NCBI RefSeq assembly: GCF_963676685.1
Contig: NC_092354.1
Span: 73,098,001 to 73,162,000 of the forward strand
From: Mytilus edulis
Taxonomy: Eukaryota
Reading direction: 5' to 3'
DNA: 64,000 bases
Shown here: piece by piece, positions 28,801-40,209 of the stretch
Layout of the letters: the number at the start of each line of letters is the position of its first letter
Position numbering within the stretch: position 1 is the stretch's first letter
Translations under genes and position numbers: made by a program
Notes under the pieces: model-generated
The model's database searches: none
Told to the model about the DNA's origin: nothing
Seen by the model: the letters and a program-made list of their open reading frames with translations, nothing else

Positions 28801-30264
28801 CTTGTAGGTCAGACATATAGATATGGTAACTGCATATTCGTTAGGTGAACAAAGTTTGCACATTCTATGTCGTACAGTAAAACAATCAACAGAGATTTTA
28901 TGACTTATGTTTCTATAATGTTAACTGAAAAAAAAGCCCTATTTGAAATTTAAGGTTTTTTAGTTCGAAAGTTGTTACTTTTACCATCGCAGGCAAACCA
29001 TACGCTAAGCGACATATTTTAAGTTTTTGCCGTGTCTCCGCTCAAAATATGCAAAAAAGTATAAGAACATTTTGACCACCCTTTAATGACCTATATGACT
29101 ATGTAGGGAAACCCGTTTTCCATTAGACTGTAACATTATGAGTTAGCCATGTTATCATGTTATTTGGCAAGTAAATTAAGTTAACTCGTTAAGAACATAC
29201 AAGATACTCCTCCTGAAATAGATATACTATTTGCCACAACCATTAATTATATGAAATTGCATCATAGCTTCTTTTATTGGTCATAATGCTCAGTTCTTTT
29301 AAATTCATAGCTTTCAAAGAATCGGTCTTGATGAAGGTTAAAACAGAAAATTGCTTGGGACACATACACAGTATAAAATGTTGTTTTTATTCTTTATCAA
29401 CGAAATGAATTTATTTGACGTAATCAGTTTATCAGACATTTTAAACAGAGGCGTGTCAATGATTGAGTCTTTATCTGTGTATGATTGGTTGTTATCTTAT
29501 TGTAATGCGTTTATCTATTATACAGATATCAATACAAAATTGTCTTCACTTCCGGAATTATTAAATCATTTAGGTCAGTATTGTATTATATTATGGATTT
29601 TCTTTAACTATCTTCATCTGACTTGTTCATCATTTGCGCATAATATTTTGAGAACCTTGTTAGAATTTCAAACTAGAAAAACTTAGTCGCAAATTGTTTC
29701 AGCTTACAAATACGACATTGTATGTTTACAACCATCGCATTATCAAACATAATGACAGTGTCTAATAGGATCAAATTTTTATTTGAGACACGTATAAAGT
29801 GTATGGTCTTTGTTTGCTATTGAAATAAAAGGCTATAACGTAAACATGATTACTCCCAATCACATCAAACAAATTGCACATTTGGTTTTAAAATAAGCCT
29901 TGACAAGTGTGTAGATCAACTGAATTTAAGTTTACAGTGCGCTTGTGTCACTTACATGGTTTATAATTATACTAAAATATTATAGTTGTTATTATCTACT
30001 TACATCTAATTGTAGGTTGCGGGATACGATTTGTTTGTTTTATATGCTGTTTGGACTGGTATAAATTAAAAAAAAACTTTCTGCATATATCATTTCATTA
30101 ATATAACGTCACAACTAAACATGGTCATTAAATGACAAGAAAAGGACAAATTACAACAAATTGGACAAGGTTTCACATTAGTTCGTTGGTTACATGTGTT
30201 CCTGTGAAAACAGTTTATTTCATTGCATAATCAAATATATGTTGCAGGACAGTCACGAAACAGA

Positions 30265-30343
30265 ATGACGTTACTCTATTATCTGCTTTTATTTTTTACA
30301 CTGAGAGTTTGTGACACTGAACAAACAGATCCACATACCATAA
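30265..30343 (+). CDS. Exon 1: signal peptide MTLLYYLLLFFTLRVCDTEQTDPHTI
   Basis: Acceptor ttgcag ending at 30247, ATG at 30265, hydrophobic core, donor gtgagt at 30344. Confidence 0.8.
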
Positions 30344-33300
30344 GTGAGTGATTTATTAAAAAATTGTATTTTAATTATTTTAATTTATTTTTTAAGATAC
30401 AGACCAAATTTTAAATAAAAAAGTGCAACATTGTTCACTTATTTACACAGACAAATATAGATACGAGAAAGGTGATACTGCACATCTACCTCTTTAATCT
30501 TATTTGTATGTTAAAGTGGTATTTTGGGATATTGGAATGTTTTATATTAGTTTGATTATTTCTATATTGTTTATCTATAACTTTATTATTGCAAAATATC
30601 TTATTGTTAATGTATTCATACAATAATTAATGAACTAAAATAGAAAAAAACATATGAAACATACAATATAATGACAGAGGCTCCTCATTTTGGACAGGCA
30701 CAAAAACATAATGGGGCAGGGTTAAACATGTTTTGTAAGATCTCAACCTCCCCCTATACAATTGCTTGCAAATGACAAATTAAGAGCAGCAAATACATCA
30801 AACGTAATAATAGCATAACGACTAATAAAAAAACAAACCGTTCAAAGTTGTCGTGTTTGAGGTTAACCAACCCTTGCAAAGAGATGAAAAAGTAGCAATG
30901 CATATGTTAGTACTATCATTAATAATAAAACAATTTAAAAAAGTGGTAATCGACAATGAGTTGAAAGGTCAACTTGTTCATACTATTTTACTTTTAAATT
31001 GACATTTTACTAAAATTATCAAACTGATGATAGTTATTTGCTTATTAAGTTTAAATCTTAGTTTTTCTACATATACACTACAGCTTGTATACAGATGATC
31101 GGATCTCTACAAAGTAAATATGGCAACTATAACATTACAATAAGAAGTCCGCATGTTCATGTTACCTGTGTAAACGACACTACACTGGTCGGAAGTAGTA
31201 ATGTCACGTGTAAAAATCAGAAGTGGCAACCAGATTTTCCTCATTGTTTAGTGAACTGTCCACCAATACCACCTTCACCGATCATTATTTCAGCGAATAC
31301 GCAATCTTATGTAAAGGTAAGATCATCACATCTAATATATAGTGAACACAATATCATTTAGAAAAGTTTATAACGTCTGCCGATCGAAGGGGATTAAGTT
31401 TGAAATTTAGCAATTTTATGGAATTTAGTGTAAATATAATAATAGAAATAATTTTGGCCGTACTATCTTAGATCGTTATTATAGCAGTGAGGCACCATTT
31501 TGTAAGTACACTCAGTCAAGCTTGTGTGATCGTCATAAACACTACAACTATAGTCATACGCATACAGTACAAATAACAATGCATTCAGACATATACCCTT
31601 CTCAGTCTTTTCGGCAAGATGCTGATGAAGGTGTTTATTTGGAATGTCAAGGTGAATACATACCATCCATTGTGAATATCATACTTAAGAAGTTGAATTG
31701 TAAGAAAATATACACACCTTCTGCAAGTCTAATGTTCTCCTTTTTAACATTGTTTTCAAGGCTAGCTACATTAGATATTTCCTTCAACCTTGTGGATAAT
31801 CTATCCGAAGCGTATTTGATTGATTCGTCATATAATTTATTGATTCATATTATAATTGCTACAAAACGTTATGTAGAAATAAAGTCCCCAATCAAATATA
31901 TGTATACAAGGATATATATTTCTACAAATGATATTAGCTGTGAATAGTCTAAAAGTGTACAATAGCAATTTATTCGATAATAGCAATAAAAAATGCGATT
32001 GATATATTTTAAATTTTCGAACTATATGTTTTAAAAAGGCTCCAGTGAAATAACGTAAAGTCAAGGCCCTTGTTAACCATAAATGAAATGTAAGGTATGT
32101 TCACAGCGCAACGTATACTATACTATAGCATAAAAATACGATGTATTTCAATACATGTTTGTTCAATTTTGTCCATTTCGAAATCCATCATAGTATTTTC
32201 GGTAAAACACGTGTTTTCCAATAATATTTTTAAATTATTATTAATTCAAAATTATAATAAAAATTGCAGATATGAAATCATTGCGTATGCTTAATCGGGG
32301 ATTAATTTATATGCTCCAGAATGAATCATCAGTTTCTGCTAAACAACTGATACCCATCATGTTGACCACGAAAATATACTGAAATGTATATCATTTCGGG
32401 GCCTTTTATAACTGACTATGTTGTATGGGGTTTGCTCATTGTTGAAGGCCATACAGTTTTTAATGTCTGATTAATTTGGTCTCTTGTGGAGGGATGTCTC
32501 ATTGGCAATCATACCAAAAATATTTTTTTTTTATATATGATTCAGATAGATCAAGATAAATAAAAATGGAATTAAAGAGATATGAAATTTTCAAAAATGA
32601 TGCAACTGTTTCGATATTTCAGACAAAAGACAGAAATCGATCAGCCGGTACAACTATTTCTCTTTCATGTATTACATCCGGGTTTATTGTAAATGGCTCG
32701 TCTAGAATTACATGTCAATCAGATAGATCTTGGAAACCTAACATTCCAAAATGCAGACGTTAGTATTTGATATTATGATTTGTTGTGTTGTTTATCCATT
32801 CGTTCTAATCTTATTCAGGGATATCAGTGTTGTCTTATTTACACATCCCCAAATGTGTAACCAAGAAGAAAATATAAATCATTTCAAGATAGAATTGATC
32901 AGCGATAAAATAAAGGAACTTTCTTGAATCGAACAAATTAAATATTTCTTAGAGGGAATTATAAGAATGACATTATGATAGATAAATGTTTTTTTGTAAA
33001 TACCAAAACTATATCATCATACACATATAAATATAACTAGAGGTCAACATAGGGTAACCGCAACACCCTTTCAACTCATAACAGTATGCATAGCTGCGTT
33101 TTGTTGCCCTTCTGGTACGCTCGAATAGAACACTTAAAACTGTGAATTTCTATAATTATATAGAAGTGTGTCAATCACCTATAGATAAAAAAAAATAGAT
33201 GCTGGATATATTTGAGAACGCTACTGTAAAAAACCCACAAAGGAAAATCTTTATTATTTTTGTATTTTTTTCAAAGCTATTCAAGGCCGTAAGTCAGACA

Positions 33301-36300
33301 GGTTTTCTTCGAAGACAACATTTTATGATAAAAGTAGATACTAACATATTTAAAAATAATACACATGTAGATCGAGGAAAATCTTCCACAATTTCGGAAT
33401 TTCACAAAAATGAAGTTCTGAAACTCCAATAAGGAATGAATTTCAAATTTTAAATGATTGTCCCTTTAATTTTCTACAGCTAAAAAGTTTCCACCAGAGA
33501 GACGATGGATGACGATCTTAGCTATAGCCGGTCCAGCAGCTTTAGTATTGGTAGTCTGTGTGATTGTTTTAGGAAAATTTTTGCTCAAACGAAGGTAATC
33601 ATTATATTAATTTTAATTATCTATATGAATAATTTGCAATATTGGTTAATTGATAATCCGGATTTTGATGGGTTTGTGATGCTCAGTCCTTTATTTTCAA
33701 TGTTGTGTGATATCTACCGTTCTTTGATGTTGATCTTTTTTGTTTATAGCCATAGCGTAGTCAGCTTTATTTCGAAATCGATGAATCCTTTTGATATTTA
33801 TGCCACTGTTTTTTAATATGATGGGAACATTATGTAGAAGATATTTATGATGTGGCTATGAACTAGCTTTTAGTAGTAGCAAGTATTCTTAAAAAAATAG
33901 ATACGTACTGTTTGTATTTTGTTTGTATGTCAGTTGTTTTTGTGCTACATGATAATTATATGACCCACACCATAACAGTTTTAGAATTAACTTTATTTTT
34001 GAACCACTGTAAAAAAAAAGGGGGATGGGTTACACTAAATTCTAAAGCTACTAAATTCGATATTTATCAATACTAAGTCAGGAGACTAATTAAATGGTTA
34101 CCGTTGGTTGCTGGTTGTTATTTTCATTTATTGTCACATATCGTAATCTGCGTTTGAAGCTCATTCATTTTCTTCGGGTTTTTTTTATCGTTATTCGTAT
34201 ATGAAAAATTCACTGACGGCATTTGAATATTATTCTTGTAATTAATTTGTTCATTATTAATATTTTTTTTATAAAATTTGAATTACATTATTAAATTTTG
34301 TGTAATGGTTACAACCTTTTTTTGTATAATTAATCGACTACACTTGACCTATGTGGGATTGTTGATTAATTGGCACTTCTTTTTTATGACGATTTATTTT
34401 TATTTATTTTAGACTGAAAAAATCAGAAATACAGGACGCTATACATCTATCACAGAAAAATGAAACAACGCCGTTTGTATTTTACTTTTTTTGTTATACT
34501 GACCGAAAAATGCTTGTATTATACAAGTGTTATGAAGTCGATATTAATGAATTAGTTGACGAAAGATAGTTTGTTCCTCAAATTAATAAAGCTTGCAGGA
34601 AAACATTCAAGATTTGAATTACTACAACTTTATCTTTATGCAGCTACCACTATTGGAGCAGGATCTACTACCCCATCTGGAGTGTCTGAAATCACTTGTA
34701 GCCTTTTGATTGGGTTCAAGTTTTATAACATAATATATTACATTATATAGACCCTACAGCCTTACAACAAATATGTTGAAAAATACATTTATCTCAAACA
34801 ATTATGTTGTTTGAACAAAAACAGAATGTTGGTTACCGTCTTGTATTTTTTTCTTAATCATCTTAAACGCATTTAGTTTTTTATAGAGATTCTCTTCTAC
34901 AACTGTTTTATATGGTTCAGATTTCAATTGATGCGCTCAAATATTTCATATTTAGTTTTTGAAACTTGTTTTCTCGCGACCCCCATAACGAAGTTTTCTA
35001 TAGATACACGTAAAGTTCATTATGGTATTTGATCATCAGTTTACAGTACATATTTGGTTAATATGAGTTTGATTTCAAATGTTTAGCACCATTTGTTATA
35101 ATCTTTATTACAGGAACTGTTTACCCTTCATGAACTTAAGGTTGATCACTTGGTTTAACCGTTGAATATATACTGAAGAAATTTTCTAAATACCGTGACG
35201 ACGTAGTCAAACATGTTTAATGTGAACAGAGTAAACAATTGATAAGTTCTAATTCTTTATTAAAAAAGGTTATCATTACAGGTTTTATAAAGTTTGGACA
35301 ATACGAAGGACACAAAAGAAAATGATTGAAGCTATAGATCTTTCTTCATTAAAAAATAAAGGTATATAAAAACGAATGTATATGATCACAAGTTAGGTTA
35401 AGTTTATTGATAGTTTTGCTGTGTTTCATAGCTTAATTCTACATTACGACGAGTGCCACACGTGGAACACACCTTAGCTTGCTTACACTACTGGAGCTCC
35501 GAAAATCAATACAGGTTTTGTTTGATTGCGTATAAACTCGGCTTTGAGCGTTATGGGACGTATACAATAAAGTGTTGTTTTTATTCTTTGCATACCAATC
35601 ACAAATGAAAAATGATAAATAGAAAGTGTGTTCCTGGTCCCTATTGTTACACGATTAAATACTATCGAATGCAAACACGTTCAGGCATTGTACGTTACAC
35701 AGAGAGAAACCACAGTTTTGCGAATAATACTATATAAATGTTAGTAGTACCACTGCAGAAAATATGGAGGTGGTTGTACATGCTACATACCAATAACGTC
35801 ATTCAAAGGTGTGTGTCCGTTTGGCAGCGGGCACACTATTCACACATGACTACGTAATTGAAAAATGGATGGAAGATACCACATAATTTTAAACAATTGA
35901 ATATATCTTTTAATAACATACATTTTTTTAATGTTCGGGCTTTTCATAGCTGACTTTACGATTATTTTGTTTCGTTTCTGAAGGACGTATCGTGATCTTT
36001 CATAGCCTACATTTACTTCGAACTTGACTAGATAGTTGAGTCACACGAAATCATACTACATACCACATATCCTTATTCTTATATTATACTTTAAACATTT
36101 ACACACACAAAGAAAAGGTTTCAAGTATTTTTTAAATGTCAAATATGGGATGATGACTAATTTGCATGAATGTTTCAGCAAGTAAAATGTTTAATATTCC
36201 ACAAGATAAATACTTGAAACTAGTACTAGAAGAAGATGGCTCAGAGATTCAAACAACGCCCTCTATGGTTCTTTGTCAAAAGAAAGTATTAATGGTTATA

Positions 36301-39300
36301 GATAGGAACGACAAATGGAAACCCGTATCATCAGATGAGAGTGAGAAAATAAGGTACACATATTTCATTACTATTATAATCTGTTTCTTTCCATGCACAT
36401 ACGATCGCAATAATTCAGTGTGGTTCGTTTTGTACAGTCTTTATATGATGTGTTTTTGACCTAATGTAAAAATTGTTCATGACAATAATACCACTCACAA
36501 GTATAAACAATACAAACATAAAAAAATGAAAAAGCAAATATACCATCACTTACAATTAAATCAAAAGCAGCACAGACTCCTATTTACAAAACTAGATACA
36601 AGCAGGTGTGTGTAATCAGTATTTATTCAAAACGAAAAATTAACACAACAACACTCAAACTAGAGGTCGACAATAAACTGTACATGTCTCCTTTCCGTTA
36701 TTTAAAGATCGATTGTAATTAAATCCTTTACTAAAAACACTAAATTTTTGATTGATCAGTGATAAGACGCCAAATGTATAGTAAGAGGATATGCAAGTAC
36801 CATTTCAATATCTTTTTGAAGCTCCTTTATAATATGGTATGCATTAAGAAACATGTCGGCATGAAAGGATCATAGTGTGCTCCAATGGCTATGCTATGTT
36901 GAAAAGAAGGCACAGGATGATAAGGATATATCAATTAATGAAAACATTAGACAATTGTGGTATTATTTAATGTAATACCGTGAATTTTTTTCACTCAACA
37001 GTTGTAACTGTGACGTACTTAATTTTTATCATGAAACATACACTGATCCCGTTGTCAAAACAATAATCTTTCAGATTAACCTACGATGTGTGTTCATTTG
37101 ATCGAAAGCAAAGAAAGTTATTTTTAGCAAACAGTTTAAAAGATCTGATAGACCAAGGTAAATAATAAATGTTAAATGATACTACAACAGATCTTCATTA
37201 CGACACAGAATGTGTTTTCTGCGATGCATCAACTACGAAGCATTTAGATAACCGAGCAGAGTAACTGTTGAGACAAAATCAAGACAATGGCAATACATAT
37301 TGGTCAACCAATACATGTAATGCATTATACATGTAATTTTGTTTTATTGTGCAAACTTAACTTCATTAATTGAAACAAGGTTAAAATGTTTGCCACTTTT
37401 TAATATCAAAGTCATTATAATTCAAACTACAATTATACGTTATAAAATCACAGTGCTTATCGACATGAAAAAACAACAGGAACTACGATATCAATATCTT
37501 CACGTTTATATCAGTAAATCTTTTCCTAGGTAAAAATAAACTATTCCGTATTTTAAGATGAATTTGTGTTTCTCTTAAAATATATATATTGAGCTGCATT
37601 TATATACATTTGTAGTACAACATATCTTTGAACAAGAAGATAATTATTTGTGTCTTGAGATGGACGGTACGGTAATTGATGATGATATTTCGCTGACTGC
37701 TGTTGCTGGGCAACAATTGATGTCAATGAATGAAACCACCGGGTGGCGATCAGTGAACCCCGGAGAGATAACGAAGAGTTTGTCTGAATTGAAAACTGAT
37801 GAGCAATCCAATGACAAAAAGTGAGTACATTTAAAGTCATACATTTTAAAGGTCATGTTAAAGTCGGATAATTAATAGATGTAGCTACATTGAAATACGT
37901 GTGTCAACTTTTGCCTGAATATTTCATGCAGACGATGGTAATTTCATTTATTTGTACTGTAGTCATGTCAAGTAATTATTTTATTTCAGTGTTATATTCA
38001 ACATTGCCATAAAAGCGCGAGGTTTAAATAGCCACAAAACAAGGTTTCACCCATCATTTTTTCTTAAAATGTCCTGTACGAAATCCGGAAAATGGCAGTT
38101 GTTATCTTACAATTCGTTTCTATGTGTGTTGCATTGACTTTTGTTCTTTGTTGTACTTAGTTTTTTTTGTTATGACGTTGTTTTCCTTTAATAGTTGATG
38201 TGTTTCCCACGGTTTTAGTTTGTAACCCGGATTTTTTTTTTCTTTCAATCGATTTATGACTTTCGAACAGCGGTATACTACTGTTGCCTTTAAATATTGT
38301 TTGTCTGAGACATATGAAAACGTATTAAGAAATTTGAGACATATTATATCGTAAAAGGAAATATGAGACATATAATATATTATAATGAAATTTGAAATAT
38401 ACTAATTTAATCGTATAAAGAAATACGAAAAATATTGTATTCATATAATTTAAGGAAATGGTGAAAACTGAACGTCATGATCCCATCGATAATCAATAGA
38501 TGTATCTGTATTAAAACATTGCTTGCGTCAACGTTTGTCTGAATATTTCATGCAGACGATGGCGCTCGATTAGTAAAAAAAAAAATCAAAGAGATTGACT
38601 GTGGCTAAGACATATATTCATCTGTCGGCTTTTGTAATTTTCTAACGAGTTTCATAGAGATGCACCTGTATGGCTTCACGGGTTTAAATAAAAACAAACC
38701 TTATTCCGTTTGCAATTATGAAGTTCAATAATTACAGTCAGTTATTTAGCTAAGCATAATTACTTGAATTAGTTTTTTTAAACAAATACTATCTTCAAAT
38801 TCTAATTGACGCTTTCAATTTCAGTCCGGGTATCTATGATGAGTTTATTTTCATATTTTTATTTTATTTTACAGAGATTGTTACAAAGTATGGTCAAAAG
38901 ACCTTCGTTATAAGAAAATAATATTTGCCAGTGATTTAGTTGATTTACATATAAAAGGTATACACTATTTAAGTATAAATTCTACCAATTACATAATAAC
39001 ATTGTAATGACAGATGCTATGATACAATCAAAGTCACGACGTGCACAGCATGTACAATTTAGACACATGTGTTTCCCGGCAAATGGAACGAGACGCAATG
39101 TAAGCTAATATTGTTAGGATGCACAAATTTCGAAATTAAACAATATATTTGCATAGTCTATATATATCACTACGTTTATGTTGAATACCTTTCAATTTCG
39201 AAACCAGGGACCTTAGTAGCGTGGTGGTATTGGTAGTCGAATGTCTGTATCTCTACCTTTCAACACGGAGTTTGATTCCAGCACTGGCAGATGCATTGTA

Positions 39301-40209
39301 ATTGAATTTTAATTGACTTGGACTGTCATATCCCTACATTTAAGTAAAGGCAACAACACTATATCTCTGTTCAAAAGTCATAAATCGATTGAGAGAAAAC
39401 GAATCCAGGTTACATACTAAAAGTGAGAGAATCACATCAAATATAAGAAGAAAACAACGAAAAAACAGAACACAGAAGTGCAAAAACAAACAAACAACAA
39501 TGCAAAATTCATAGAAACGAACTATAAGATAACAACTGCTATATTCCTGGCTTTGAACAATTCATTTTAAGTAAACGTGATGGGTTGAACCTGCTTTTGT
39601 GGTTATCCAAACATCCGCGATTTATGGCAATGTTTGATAAGCCGCGGGTTTATTTATAATCTTCCTCTCAAACCTACATACGAATATAATTTCTATTTCC
39701 CATAAATGTTTGAAATTGATAGTGCCTTGACAGTGAGGATACCATATACTTTTTATATTGCAATACGAAATAAGAGTAAAAAACATTAAAATTGATGTGC
39801 ATGTATTTGTCTGTTAGTTTATAAGTTTTCGACTATGACTGTATACATTTTAGAACTTTAATGTTTTACATGCTATAGTGATACTTTAAAAAATGGCTTC
39901 TTTGAAGATATTAAAGCAAACACAAATACGAACCAACATACACTTTATTCTTTTTATGATGCTACTTGGAATTTTTTTTTAGCTGCAAAGGCTTTGTGTC
40001 TGCAACCACCTATAGAAATATCTCTTTTGAATGATGATGTTCCAATATTTGATAATCAGCAACTCATACATCATAGAAAGGATATTTTGCTAGCAGTAGA
40101 AGCTGGTGATGCGTACAGTGTAGCTATGACGTCCGATTACACAGAAATTCCGGATGTACTCCAACAGACGCCATACAGACGGAATTATACGAATGACACG
40201 TACTTCTGA
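30265..40209 (+). CDS. Type I membrane protein: signal peptide - 2x Sushi/CCP - TM - 3x CIDE-N-like - Tyr tail (491 aa, 11 coding exons)
   Basis: Exons 30265-30343, 31084-31316, 32623-32758, 33480-33594, 34413-34472, 35282-35361, 36179-36353, 37075-37157, 37616-37820, 38875-38957, 39983-40209. All introns are GT-AG with compatible phases; total 1476 nt with no internal stop. Confidence 0.85.
31084..31316 (+). CDS. Exon 2: Sushi/CCP domain 1 and start of domain 2
   Basis: C..VHVTCVNDTTLVGSSNVTCKNQKWQPDFPHC then NCPPIP; tacag acceptor, gtaaga donor. Confidence 0.9.
32623..32758 (+). CDS. Exon 3: rest of Sushi/CCP domain 2
   Basis: GTTISLSCITSGFIVNGSSRITCQSDRSWKPNIPKC; ttcag acceptor, gttagt donor. 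Confidence 0.9.
33480..33594 (+). CDS. Exon 4: transmembrane helix
   Basis: WMTILAIAGPAALVLVVCVIVLG followed by basic KFLLKR; ctacag acceptor, gtaatc donor. Confidence 0.85.
35282..36353 (+). CDS. Exons 6-7: CIDE-N-like domain 1
   Basis: PFYKVWTIRRTQKKMIEAIDLSSLKNK|ASKMFNI..LKLVLEEDGSEI..VLMVIDRNDKWKP. Confidence 0.8.
37075..37820 (+). CDS. Exons 8-9: CIDE-N-like domain 2
   Basis: RLTYDVCSFDRKQRKLFLANSLKDLIDQ|VQHIFE..YLCLEMDGTVIDDD..LMSMNETTGW. Confidence 0.85.
38875..40209 (+). CDS. Exons 10-11: divergent CIDE-N-like domain 3 and Tyr-rich C-terminus
   Basis: CYKVWSKDLRYKKIIFASDLVDLHIK|AAKALCLQPPIEISLLNDDVPIFDNQQL..ILLAVEAGDAY, then SDYTEI..TYF-stop. Confidence 0.75.

Noticed and set aside
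29526-30058. Possible 5' UTR exons (29526-29573, 30016-30058)
   Set aside because: Splice signals are plausible but cannot be verified without transcripts.
33505-33816. 103-aa ORF MDDDLSYS...
   Set aside because: Wrong frame of the TM exon, running into the intron.
38825-38842. 18-bp micro-exon (NPGIYDE) with ag/gt boundaries
   Set aside because: It would leave a 32-bp intron, and the gene splices in phase without it.
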